Origin: Candidatus Aminicenantes bacterium
GTDB taxonomy: Bacteria > Acidobacteriota > Aminicenantia > Aminicenantales > Aminicenantaceae
Reading direction: 5' to 3'
Length of the DNA stretch: 64,000 nucleotides
Assembly: GCA_014727835.1 (NCBI GenBank)
Contig: WJMT01000124.1
Location: forward strand, 17,508-81,507
Made by a program: the position numbers and the translations under genes
Notes under the pieces: model-generated
What the model was told of the DNA's origin: nothing
The model's database searches: none
Seen by the model: only the letters and a program-made list of their open reading frames with translations
Shown: positions 39,841-48,862 of the stretch, one piece after another
How the letters are laid out: every line of letters begins with the position of its first letter
How positions within the stretch are numbered: position 1 is the stretch's first letter

Positions 39841-41574
39841 TCAGTCCTCCTGTTCCAGAGCATGATTGATTTTCTCTGCCATTTCTTCCACTGAAAAAGC
39901 CAGACCATTGTATTTCAAAATTGTTTTGGAGATGTCAATTCCTGTTTCCAGCTTGATCAGTTTTTTGAACTGCGAAGTGGCATTGTGCTCCGCGATCACA
40001 ATCTGATCTGCTTTTTCCAAATAAATTTTGGTCTCATCAGGAAGGGGATAGACCTGCTTGAAGTGAAGAAAAGCTGTTTTTTTAAGGCCAAGCACATCCA
40101 GGGCTTCATTGATCACATGTAAGGTGGATCCCCATCCTATGATCAGATTTCGATAATCCTCAGGGCCGACCAGCTCTGGAGGGATAGCTTGTTTTTTGAT
40201 CTGGTCCATTTTTTTGAGTCTCTTTTCCGCCATCTGTGTTCTTAGATCCAGGTCTTCGGTGATGTGAGAAGATTCATCATGCTCATCACTATCCACTCCA
40301 ACCAGGCCTTCTCCGTATCCCGGGATCCCACGAGGGGAGATGCCGTCTTTGGTGATAAGGCTCCGCTTATAATCATTTTCGGTTTTGATGATGTGTTTGT
40401 TGGCCTGAACGTTCTGGAAGTCAGGTGCTGGGATATTGTAATAAGAGTCCATGAAAAATTGATCCGTCAGTATGAATACCGGGATTTGAAATTTGTCGGC
40501 CAAATCAAAGGCTTTTTGAGTCAATGAAAAGGCATCTTCCAGGCTTCCCGGAGCCAGGATGATTCTGGGAAACTCTCCATGTCCTGCATGCAGGACCAAT
40601 TCCAAATCTCCCTGTTCCGTGCGTGTGGGAAGGCCGGTGGCCGGCCCTGGTCTTTGGGCCACATGGATCACCACCGGAGTTTCGATCATTCCTGCAAGAC
40701 TGATTCCTTCCCCCATCAAAGCAAGGCCTCCGCCTGATGTGGTGACCAGGCTTCGGGCCCCGGCATAGGAAGCTCCCAAAGCCATGTTGATAGCGCTGAT
40801 TTCATCTTCAGCCTGCTCTGCTGCCACTTCAAACTTGTGAGCGTGCTGGGAGATAAAGACCAAAACACCTGTAGAAGGAGACATGGGATAGGAAGAGAGA
40901 AAATCACATCCTCCAGCAAGAGCTCCAAACCCTACGGCTTCAGCTCCATTGATCAAAACCTGATTTTTGATTTCAGTCCATGGAGTGAGGTCAAAGGAGA
41001 TTCCCTTCTGATCGGAAAACTTTTCTCCCTTTGAATACCCTTGGCTTATAGACTGGATGTTTTTTTCCACAATCTGTTTGTCTTTTTGAGAGAAAAAGTC
41101 CTTCACATCTTTTTTCATTTTGTCCAGATCAAGCTTCAGAATACCGGAGATGATCCCTGCAGCAATGATGTTGATGAATATTTTTCCCCCAATATCCCGT
41201 GCCAGATCCTCAAGAGGGACATCAATGAATTGCTTGATCTGAGTGGGACAGTCTTTACAGATTTTCTCTTTATCACCGATAACGATGGTCTCTGAGGAAA
41301 TCCTCTTTTCCAGATGGCCCAAAGCCTCTGAGTGAAGGGGAAGAAGAATGTCGATCCGGTCTTTCAAAGCTGCAGCTTTTTGGGAGGAAACCCTGATAGA
41401 GACAGAGTTGGTTCCTCCCCTGACTCTGGACATGTATTCTTTGGTTGAGAACACATGAAAACCTGAATGGCTGAAATTGTGGACCAGAAGTTTCTCCACT
41501 GTTTTGATTCCTTGACCTGCGGCACCGCAGATCACAATGGAGACATCTTTGCGTTTGTTTTGATTTGAACTCAT
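39841..41574 (-). CDS. korA: 2-oxoacid:ferredoxin oxidoreductase subunit alpha (gamma-alpha fusion)
   Basis: N-terminal gamma-like domain ([24 protein letters not shown]) followed by an alpha domain ([14 protein letters not shown].., [27 protein letters not shown]). Confidence 0.85.
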   Translation of the reverse strand: MSSNQNKRKDVSIVICGAAGQGIKTVEKLLVHNFSHSGFHVFSTKEYMSRVRGGTNSVSIRVSSQKAAALKDRIDILLPLHSEALGHLEKRISSETIVIGDKEKICKDCPTQIKQFIDVPLEDLARDIGGKIFINIIAAGIISGILKLDLDKMKKDVKDFFSQKDKQIVEKNIQSISQGYSKGEKFSDQKGISFDLTPWTEIKNQVLINGAEAVGFGALAGGCDFLSSYPMSPSTGVLVFISQHAHKFEVAAEQAEDEISAINMALGASYAGARSLVTTSGGGLALMGEGISLAGMIETPVVIHVAQRPGPATGLPTRTEQGDLELVLHAGHGEFPRIILAPGSLEDAFSLTQKAFDLADKFQIPVFILTDQFFMDSYYNIPAPDFQNVQANKHIIKTENDYKRSLITKDGISPRGIPGYGEGLVGVDSDEHDESSHITEDLDLRTQMAEKRLKKMDQIKKQAIPPELVGPEDYRNLIIGWGSTLHVINEALDVLGLKKTAFLHFKQVYPLPDETKIYLEKADQIVIAEHNATSQFKKLIKLETGIDISKTILKYNGLAFSVEEMAEKINHALEQED

Positions 41575-41693
41575 AACGCTCCCTTTAAATTGAAGTCTCT
41601 ATTTCATTATTCCATAATTCATTGACAAATTGCTAAGATTTTTGCAAAAGTATTGGAAGAGGCAGAAAAAATGAAGTTTGATTGATTAATTAA

Positions 41694-41717
41694 AATAATT
41701 ATTATATAATAATTATT
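41694..41717. promoter_or_regulatory. perfect 24-bp AT palindrome in the kor/rbr divergent promoter region (Fur/PerR-box-like)
   Basis: AATAATTATTAT|ATAATAATTATT equals its own reverse complement. It contains ATAATTATTATA, the core of the PerR-box consensus TTATAATNATTATAA. Confidence 0.45.
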
Positions 41718-41762
41718 ACATAAAAATGATTCTTTAAACACTAAATCAAGGGAGAATGTGAA

Positions 41763-42284
41763 ATGAGTCAAACCAAAAAAAATATTGAGGCTGCTTTTGC
41801 AGGAGAGTCTCAAGCAAGAAACAAGTACACCTATTTTGCAGAAAAGGCCAGAGAAGAAGGTTATCATTACATTGCCAAGATCTTTGAAGAAACCGCACTC
41901 AATGAGATGGAGCATGCCAGAGATCATTTCAAGCTGATGGAGGGACTGGGAACCACTGAAAAGAATTTGAAACAAGCGATTGAAGGAGAGCATTACGAGA
42001 CCGTGGATATGTATCCTGAATTTGCCAGACAAGCCAGAGAAGATGGAAACCAGGAAGCGGCTGTACTTTTCGAGCAGATAGGAAAAATCGAGGAGAATCA
42101 CAGAAAACGGTATAAGAAACTACTTGAAATGGTTCAGAACGGGACTGTATTCAAAAGAGAAAAACCAATCAAATGGAAATGCAGTGTTTGTGGATACACC
42201 GTAGAAGGAAAAGAGCCTCCTCCAAAATGTCCTTCGTGCAAGAACCCTAAAGAGTATTATGAGCCGGTGAACATGGATTTTTAA
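41763..42284 (+). CDS. rbr: rubrerythrin
   Basis: Diiron four-helix-bundle motifs (AFAGESQARNKY.., EMEHARDH, EGEHYE, EENHRKRY) plus a C-terminal rubredoxin-like CSVCGY..CPSCK. Confidence 0.9.
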   Translation: MSQTKKNIEAAFAGESQARNKYTYFAEKAREEGYHYIAKIFEETALNEMEHARDHFKLMEGLGTTEKNLKQAIEGEHYETVDMYPEFARQAREDGNQEAAVLFEQIGKIEENHRKRYKKLLEMVQNGTVFKREKPIKWKCSVCGYTVEGKEPPPKCPSCKNPKEYYEPVNMDF

Positions 42285-42303
42285 TTCTGATATCTGTTTT
42301 TGA

Positions 42304-43479
42304 TCACACTTTCTTTTTTCCGGTTAATCCCATTATCAAAGCCAGGACAAAAAGTATACCGGCCATAACCGCTGCAATAGGAAGACTCTGCTGCACTGTT
42401 TTGGCCACACTCAGGTTTCCTATGAATTTTGGAACAAAGGTGGCTCCCAAAAGACCCACAGCAAATATAATGCCAAAAATGCTTCCGTAAAGGCTGGAAT
42501 CAAACTTTGCAAAGGTCACTCCCACTATAGTGGGGAATATCGGGGCAAAAGCCAGTCCTGCGATGAAGATGGCTCCCATAGCCAGAGCCGGACTATTGGT
42601 GAAAATCATAAGCCCAATGGCTCCCAGTGAAATTAGAGCCATGACAGAGATGAGTTTGGTTCCTATAGCCGTTAGGTTCTTGACTGTGGATGAGAGGAAT
42701 CGGCCCAGCATCATGGCCACTCCAAAACCGCTGAGGACCAAGCCCGCATGAAATGCAGCATTGGGGTCATTGTTTTTTCCAAAAAGCTGTTCCATCAGCT
42801 TCCGGATCCATGTGCCCATCGATATTTCAAGGGACATGTAGCAGAACAAAGCAAGTGCTGCCATCAAAACCGCTCCCTTTCCCAGGACTTTAAAGGCCAT
42901 GGACAATTTGTATCCTGTGGCGACTTGAGGATAGGTTGTGGTGAGCGCAAAGATGAGAAACACCGCCACCAATATTCCCAGGATGGAAAGAGATGTGCTG
43001 TAGGTCAGGTTCACATTCTTTAAAAGAAACACAAACAAAAACGGAGTGATCACGTAACCCAATCCAAAAAAAGCATTTCCAAAATTACTGGCCCGGGCCG
43101 GGTCCTCACCTTTAAACAGCACCACAGGGATGAGTGTGTTTCCCACTGTGTTCAAGGACATGGCTCCAATACCCAGCAGTATACAGGCGACCAAAGCCAA
43201 TCCAAAAGTTGAAGCAAAAGCCAGAAAAAACATGCTGGCACTGGTGACCGTGAAACCCACAAGTGCGATGGGTTTGTAACCCAGTTTGTCCACCAAAGGA
43301 CCGATGATCAGCTGAACAAGACAGCTGGTCAAAAAAAGTCCCATGACAAGAGTGCCGAACTGAGCTTCATTGATTCCCAGTGATTCCATGAGTTCGACTG
43401 AAATGGCACCAAGAAGGATAAAGCAGATAGCTAGAGTGAACACGGCCATTAAGGCCACAACAGCTGTCATTTTTTTCAT
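42304..43479 (-). CDS. MFS transporter
   Basis: 12 TM helices. I prefer the ATG at 43479 (GGAGGG RBS, then MKKMTAVVALMAV) over the track start at 43620, which would overlap the divergent gene. Confidence 0.75.
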   Translation of the reverse strand: MKKMTAVVALMAVFTLAICFILLGAISVELMESLGINEAQFGTLVMGLFLTSCLVQLIIGPLVDKLGYKPIALVGFTVTSASMFFLAFASTFGLALVACILLGIGAMSLNTVGNTLIPVVLFKGEDPARASNFGNAFFGLGYVITPFLFVFLLKNVNLTYSTSLSILGILVAVFLIFALTTTYPQVATGYKLSMAFKVLGKGAVLMAALALFCYMSLEISMGTWIRKLMEQLFGKNNDPNAAFHAGLVLSGFGVAMMLGRFLSSTVKNLTAIGTKLISVMALISLGAIGLMIFTNSPALAMGAIFIAGLAFAPIFPTIVGVTFAKFDSSLYGSIFGIIFAVGLLGATFVPKFIGNLSVAKTVQQSLPIAAVMAGILFVLALIMGLTGKKKV

Positions 43480-43507
43480 AGAATTTCCCTCCATATAATC
43501 CTTTTTA

Positions 43508-43568
43508 TTGTGAATATCACAAAAAAAATTGTGAGTCAAAGTGAAATTATCTGGTAAAATCAGATAAT
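43508..43568. promoter_or_regulatory. two palindromes in the MFS/AGE divergent region (candidate operators)
   Basis: TTGTGA-ATA-TCACAA lies at 43508-43522. ATTATCTG-N7-CAGATAAT lies at 43546-43568, and its spacer holds a -10-like TAAAAT. Confidence 0.35.
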
Positions 43569-43594
43569 GTGACCAAAAGGCAGGAGAAACGAGG

Positions 43595-44899
43595 ATGAAA
43601 CACAAACAGGAATGGCCCAAGCAGAAAATGCAGAAATACAGAAATCAACTCCGGAGACATCTTGAGAATGAACTGCTGCCCTTTTGGATTGACCGGTGCA
43701 GAGATGATGATTGCGGTGGATTTATCACTCATTTTGAGGAGAAAGGAAAAGATACCGGGGAAGATGAAAAGTCTTTGGTCGCACAGGCCCGCACCATCTA
43801 CACCATGTCCTCAGCTCACAGGTCTGGTTACGGAGACGGGATTTGTGAGGACTTTGCCAGACATGGAGTTGATTTTTTGATTGAAAAGATGTGGGACGCA
43901 GAACAAGGGGGTTTTTATTGGACTGTGGACCGAAGAGGACAGGTCCGGATCAGTAAAAAAATTCTCTATGGATTGAGCTTTTCGATTTATGCCCTCAGTG
44001 AATACACCTTGGCAACCAATGATAAACGGGGCATCCATTATGCAGAAAAAACATTTAACCTCATTCAAAAGCATGCTGTTGATACCATGTACGGAGGATA
44101 CTTTGAGATGTTTGAGAGAAATTGGGAACTGTGTGAAGGAGGTGCCGGAGGAGGAGACAGAAAAACCCTGGACGTTCACATGCACCTGATGGAGGCATTG
44201 ACCACATTATATGAATGCACCCGAAAACAAGTTCATTTGCGGAAACTCAAGGAAGTGATCGAAATTCTCACTCACCGCATGCTTCATCATCAATACAGGA
44301 CAGGAGTTCCTCAGTTTTGGAGGGACTGGAGCATAGCCCCGCAGATCAAATTCGACATCATCTGGGGATGGGACCGATTCAGCCAGAAAGGAACCAAAGT
44401 GCATTCACACGATAACACCAGTTTTGGACACAATGTAGAATTGGCCTGGCTCCTGCTGCATGCCCTGGATATCATGGGAAAAGACCGGACACCTTATTTG
44501 GATATCATTAAAAAACTGCTGGATCACGCTGCCGCATACGGCATTGATAGCAAATGGGGAGGCGTTTTTGTGGAAGGGAGTCATTCCGGAGATGTGTATG
44601 ACAGGGAAAAAGAGTTTTGGCAGCAGGCTGAAGTCATGATCGGAATGCTGGACGGATGTATCCATTTCCAGCAAAAGGGTTACTGGGATGCTTATGAAAA
44701 TGTACATTATTTTGTTTTCAAGCACATGATAAACCGGCAAGCAGGAGAGTGGTATCCGTTATTGAATCAAAAAGGCAAGCCCATCTGGACTCATATGAGC
44801 CATTCCTGGAAAGTGAATTATCACACAGTCCGGTGCATGATTCAGTGCATCCAGCGTTTGAACAAACTAATGGAACTTTTTCCACAAAAAATCGTATAA
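43595..44899 (+). CDS. N-acylglucosamine 2-epimerase (AGE) family epimerase/isomerase
   Basis: LLPFWIDRCRDDDCGGF, KILYGLSFSIYALSEY, GHNVELAWLLLHA, FWQQAEVMIGML and WKVNYHTVR follow the AGE / cellobiose-2-epimerase (alpha/alpha)6 pattern. Confidence 0.8.
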   Translation: MKHKQEWPKQKMQKYRNQLRRHLENELLPFWIDRCRDDDCGGFITHFEEKGKDTGEDEKSLVAQARTIYTMSSAHRSGYGDGICEDFARHGVDFLIEKMWDAEQGGFYWTVDRRGQVRISKKILYGLSFSIYALSEYTLATNDKRGIHYAEKTFNLIQKHAVDTMYGGYFEMFERNWELCEGGAGGGDRKTLDVHMHLMEALTTLYECTRKQVHLRKLKEVIEILTHRMLHHQYRTGVPQFWRDWSIAPQIKFDIIWGWDRFSQKGTKVHSHDNTSFGHNVELAWLLLHALDIMGKDRTPYLDIIKKLLDHAAAYGIDSKWGGVFVEGSHSGDVYDREKEFWQQAEVMIGMLDGCIHFQQKGYWDAYENVHYFVFKHMINRQAGEWYPLLNQKGKPIWTHMSHSWKVNYHTVRCMIQCIQRLNKLMELFPQKIV

Positions 44900-44941
44900 T
44901 ATATTGGACACGAATCAAGAAATTCTAAAAAGGAGAGGCAG

Positions 44942-45331
44942 ATGAAAAGGACGTTATCTTCTCTTGTTATGGCCGCATTTATTCTTACTTTATTTCCTAT
45001 GGCAGCTCTTTGTCAGGGAACAGACATCACAGGAACCTGGGTTGGAAAGACCTATGTTCCGGATCAAGGGGAAGATGGACTGACTCTTGAGATCGAAAAA
45101 GAAGAGGGTGAATACACAGTGTTCATCTCAGATGATTTCGGCATGGTCCCGGGTGTGGAAGCTGATGATGCGAGTTATGAGGACGGGACCCTGAGCTTCA
45201 ATTTTTCAATTTTTGATGGTTACGAGGATATGACCGTTTGGATCACATTGGAAGTGGAAGGCGATCAAATGACCGGATATTGGGAAACTGCAGATGGAAG
45301 CCGGGATTCCATAGAAATGAAGAGGAAATAA
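44942..45331 (+). CDS. small secreted hypothetical protein
   Basis: RBS AAGGAGAGG and a signal peptide (LVMAAFILTLFPMAALCQG). Acidic mature part. Confidence 0.5.
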   Translation: MKRTLSSLVMAAFILTLFPMAALCQGTDITGTWVGKTYVPDQGEDGLTLEIEKEEGEYTVFISDDFGMVPGVEADDASYEDGTLSFNFSIFDGYEDMTVWITLEVEGDQMTGYWETADGSRDSIEMKRK

Positions 45332-45347
45332 GTTTCATAGATCTTTT

Positions 45348-45785
45348 CTAAGAAGAATGGTCGTGGATGATTTTCCATCCAGATGCAAAGCGCTTAAAGA
45401 TAATAGTGAACACCCCTTTATGGGTGACATCTTCTTGTTTTACTTTCCAATGCCCTAAAGCATAAGCTGAATCCTCACTCAAAACTTTGATTCGGATATC
45501 AGAAAACGTGAGGGTTCCCATTTTTTCACCAGCATAGTTGGTCTGGTAACGTTTGAGAAGTGTTTCCCATCCATAAAGCCTCTGATCTCCTGATTGAAAA
45601 GTCAGGTCTTGGGACTGCCAGTAATCCGCCATAAATCCCTCAATGTTGTGATTGTTCCATGCTTTCTGCTGTTGTTTTATAATGGAGAAGAGGGTGTCCT
45701 GGATGGATTCATGGTCTATTTGTGATCGGGAACAGGACACATATATCAGGGAGACCATAAACAATACAGTGATAATTTTTTTCAT
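45348..45785 (-). CDS. NTF2-like (SnoaL/DUF4440-type) lipoprotein
   Basis: Lipobox-like LIYVSCS. The body (QQQKAWNNHNIEGFMADYW.., YALGHWKV.., FTIIFKRFASGWKIIHDHSS) is typical of the NTF2 fold. Its ATG overlaps the upstream stop (ATGA). Confidence 0.55.
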   Translation of the reverse strand: MKKIITVLFMVSLIYVSCSRSQIDHESIQDTLFSIIKQQQKAWNNHNIEGFMADYWQSQDLTFQSGDQRLYGWETLLKRYQTNYAGEKMGTLTFSDIRIKVLSEDSAYALGHWKVKQEDVTHKGVFTIIFKRFASGWKIIHDHSS

Positions 45786-47278
45786 GTTTGCGTTTCAAAC
45801 TCCTTTTTGTGTTTTTTGCAGATGATTTGAGCAACATTCCGCCCGGACATCAGGGCAGTGGGAACTCCACCTCCTGGTTCCACCCACTGACCAATCAAAT
45901 AGAAATTCTCTAATCCGGGCAGAGTTTTTTTCATGTTTTTCATCCCTGTCTCAGGAGTGAGCAGCCATCCTTCAAAACTGCCTTTCCAATTGTTGGTGTA
46001 TCTGATGACTGTGGCCGGAGTGGAAACATCTGTAACATCCAAATGAGAGCGGATGCCGCCAAATTTTTGGTCCAGGCTATGAATGACCTGATCAGCGATT
46101 TCTTTCTTCTTTGCTTTATACGCGGAGATGTCTTTATCCCTCAGTTCCTGCCAAAAAGTGTGATTATCTGTGGTGAGCAGAACTATGAGCAGGGTCTTCC
46201 CTTTGGGAGACAGAATGGGATCAAAATTAAACACCCGCACTCCTATATGGTCATGTCGGGTTCCGTCTCCCAGTTCCAACGGCCGAGTTAAAGGAAAATA
46301 AAGATGGTGAGGAGCGTCTTCAAAGGTCCTTGCCACACCTAATGAGATTTGCAGATAGGAGGGAAAGGTTAAAAGATTCTGGTAATCTTTTTCAATTTTT
46401 TGGTCTGTATATTTTCCTTTCAGCATATTGAATATTGTGGTGTGTCCATCAGCTGCTGAAATCACGATATCCGCAGGATGGATTTCTTTATTCTGCAGCT
46501 CGATTCCGCAGGCCCGGTCATTTTCCGTTATGATTTTTTCAACTTTGGAGCCGTAATGAATTTTTCCTCCTGAATCCAGGTATTTTTTTTCAATAAGCCG
46601 CGCGAAATTCAATGAGCCGCCGATGGGATATCCAGCGCTTTTTTGATGCATCCAGGCCAGTGTGAAGATCAGAAAGAGCACGGACATCTCTGGGATGAAC
46701 ATATAACGGAGTGTGTTTTTGAGGAGAGGATTCTTGAATTTTTTCATATAATCTCCTGTGGATATGGAGATCCATTTTTTAAACGGACGCCAGTACGGGA
46801 GCATTTGAAAGACCATTTTTATTCCATCCCATGGGGAATACAGTTCCGGGGCTTTTTTAGCAGGCATCTCAAAACCCACAAATTTCCTGACTGCCTTGGT
46901 GAATTCCATTATCAGGGCTTTATCTTCAGGTGCTTTGTCCAGCCATTCCTGTTCCAGCTCATCAATATCCGTGGGAACTCTCATGACCTGACCATCTCTA
47001 TCCTCCACTCTCAGATATTCTTTGAAATCCACAAAATCCAGCTTTTTCATATCGATCAGCTCATTCCAGAGATGATACAGTTTGTTGGAAGGACTGGATC
47101 CCACCAGCCAATGGATGCATCCGTCTATGGTGTAGCCTTTCCGTTCCCAGGACGTGCACAGGCCTCCGGGTACAGAATTCATCTCAAATATTTCTGTGTC
47201 ATATCCGTTCATTTGGAGGTAGCAGCCGGCACACAGCCCACTGATTCCGGCTCCGATGATTTTGATATTTTTCGCCAC
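45782..47278 (-). CDS. FAD-dependent oxidoreductase, phytoene desaturase (CrtI) family
   Basis: GTG start with RBS GAGAGGAG. Dinucleotide fold IKIIGAGISGLCAGCYLQMNGYDTEIFEMNSVPGGLC. C-terminal GQWVEPGGGVPTALMSG. Confidence 0.8.
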   Translation of the reverse strand: MAKNIKIIGAGISGLCAGCYLQMNGYDTEIFEMNSVPGGLCTSWERKGYTIDGCIHWLVGSSPSNKLYHLWNELIDMKKLDFVDFKEYLRVEDRDGQVMRVPTDIDELEQEWLDKAPEDKALIMEFTKAVRKFVGFEMPAKKAPELYSPWDGIKMVFQMLPYWRPFKKWISISTGDYMKKFKNPLLKNTLRYMFIPEMSVLFLIFTLAWMHQKSAGYPIGGSLNFARLIEKKYLDSGGKIHYGSKVEKIITENDRACGIELQNKEIHPADIVISAADGHTTIFNMLKGKYTDQKIEKDYQNLLTFPSYLQISLGVARTFEDAPHHLYFPLTRPLELGDGTRHDHIGVRVFNFDPILSPKGKTLLIVLLTTDNHTFWQELRDKDISAYKAKKKEIADQVIHSLDQKFGGIRSHLDVTDVSTPATVIRYTNNWKGSFEGWLLTPETGMKNMKKTLPGLENFYLIGQWVEPGGGVPTALMSGRNVAQIICKKHKKEFETQT

Positions 47279-47397
47279 GGAAAAACTCCTCTCAAAGTTT
47301 TTTGCTATTATACACCAATATTATTTTTTTTTGTGAAATACAGATAAAGATACGGTTTAGATTTCATTAAAAAAGAAGCTGTCTGTTAGGAGTGATT

Positions 47398-47577
47398 TTA
47401 TCCCATCCAGAATCCTTTTCTATGGGAAATGCCCAGTACTTTCTTGCAGTCCAGGCAGAAGTAGATATAGCGTTTTCCCAACAGACTTTGAGCCCGTCTG
47501 AATCCCAAAGTTTTGATCAAGGAACTGCAGTGAGGGCAGATTGGGGTGATGTCATTTTTTTCTATGCTGTCTATCAT
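47398..47577 (-). CDS. small zinc-ribbon protein (hypothetical)
   Basis: ATG at 47577 with a GGAGG RBS 6 nt upstream. Two CxxC pairs (CPHC..CLDC). An antisense 93-aa ORF covers the same DNA, but it has no recognisable motif of its own. Confidence 0.4.
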   Translation of the reverse strand: MIDSIEKNDITPICPHCSSLIKTLGFRRAQSLLGKRYIYFCLDCKKVLGISHRKGFWMG

Positions 47578-47679
47578 ATGAACCTCCAAGGAATATACGC
47601 CCTTTCTGTTCAGATTATTCAATTTTTGGTTAGAAAAGCCAGCTTTATTTTGAAAGGAATCTCACAAGATTAGGAAAGT

Positions 47680-48372
47680 TTATAAATCAATTCTGAGGCC
47701 CAGCGCCCAGGAACTGTCTGAGAAAAAGGAAAACTCAGAAGTCAAAGCCAATGTGTGACTGAAGTCGTAGTCAAATCCCAAAAACATGCTGAAAAAACCC
47801 CGGCTTTTGATGTCCATTTCCTCATCTAAAGGAAGAACGGCTTTTCCCAGCAGCTTATTGGTTTTAAATCCAATGTAGCCGGCAAAACGAAACAACCTTA
47901 CTCCAAAATCAACCGCACCTTGGAGTTTCGTCAGGCTGAAATCTGATGGGTCAGAGTTGTTGAGAGGCTGAAGACGAGCGATTTGAAGGTCAAATCCGGT
48001 GCTCCCTTTGATGTTGATGTGCTTCCCGTTTTCTTCTTCAATATCCACTGTGCCGGTCAAAGTGTATTTGACTCCTCCCCCATAGTAAATGTTGTTTTCA
48101 GTAGAGAAAAAGGAGTTGGGAAAATCAGATGTTCCCACAAATGCGTATAAGTTCACATATTGTGAAGGGCTGTATTTGAAAGTGGCTTTCAGAATATCTC
48201 TTTCAACTTTTTCTTTCAGTCCATCAAACTTAAAGGTTCTGGAAAGATCCTGATAAGAAAAGGCCAGAGAGGCCCTTCCTGCAGGCGGCACAGTGACTCC
48301 GCTGTCAATGTCCTGAGAGAAAATAACACAGGGAATCATCAGAATGAGGATGATAGGTCCAAAAGCTTTCAT
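47680..48372 (-). CDS. outer-membrane beta-barrel protein (hypothetical)
   Basis: Signal peptide, alternating strand pattern, and C-terminus WALGLRIDL. Confidence 0.45.
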   Translation of the reverse strand: MKAFGPIILILMIPCVIFSQDIDSGVTVPPAGRASLAFSYQDLSRTFKFDGLKEKVERDILKATFKYSPSQYVNLYAFVGTSDFPNSFFSTENNIYYGGGVKYTLTGTVDIEEENGKHINIKGSTGFDLQIARLQPLNNSDPSDFSLTKLQGAVDFGVRLFRFAGYIGFKTNKLLGKAVLPLDEEMDIKSRGFFSMFLGFDYDFSHTLALTSEFSFFSDSSWALGLRIDL

Positions 48373-48534
48373 TGTTTTTTCCTTTGAAATTATAATGGAT
48401 TTTCAATGGCTGTTAATGTAAACGGAAATAAACTTCATAAGGTTCACTCACAAAGCAACCTTTTTTTTATTTATTGCGTATACATAAATGATATGTTTAT
48501 AGAAATTAGAAAGAAATAACAAAGGAACAGTAAC

Positions 48535-48855
48535 ATGAGAAATCTCACCAGAAAAGAAGAACTGATTATGCTTTCCATCCTTCATCTCAAAAACAAGGCC
48601 TATTTGGTGGCCATTGCTGACCATCTTTCAAAAGTAACAAAAAAGAAAGTCTCTCTCACCTCCGTTCATTTGCCTTTGAGCCGTCTTGAAAAAAAAGGAT
48701 TGATTGATTCAGAATATGGTGAATCCACTGCTGTTAGAGGAGGAAGAAGAAAGAAAGTATATCAAATAACAAGACCTGGTTTTGAATTTTTGGATGAGAC
48801 TAAGAGGATTTCAGACCTTTTGTGGAAAGATTATATAAATTTGATCGCCAAGTGA
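48535..48855 (+). CDS. PadR-family transcriptional regulator
   Basis: LIMLSILHLKNKAYLVAIADHL..SVHLPLSRLEKKGLIDSEY is the PadR wHTH signature. It ends 7 nt before the next gene. Confidence 0.8.
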   Translation: MRNLTRKEELIMLSILHLKNKAYLVAIADHLSKVTKKKVSLTSVHLPLSRLEKKGLIDSEYGESTAVRGGRRKKVYQITRPGFEFLDETKRISDLLWKDYINLIAK

Positions 48856-48862
48856 TACGTTT

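Noticed and set aside
39840-39908. Longer N-terminal extensions offered by the ORF track: korB to 39908, MFS to 43620, wHTH gene to 18841, plus the TTG/GTG starts at 623, 58539, 60466 and 54028.
   Set aside because: Internal ATGs with good Shine-Dalgarno sequences give canonical N-termini. They also remove overlaps with neighbouring genes.
46643-47347. 234-aa ORF antisense to the CrtI-family oxidoreductase. Similar cases are 28187-28789, 29610-30077, 32503-33000 and 41619-42101.
   Set aside because: The opposite strand carries strong family motifs in each case (e.g. the GxGxxG FAD fold). The antisense products are compositionally odd and lack RBSs.
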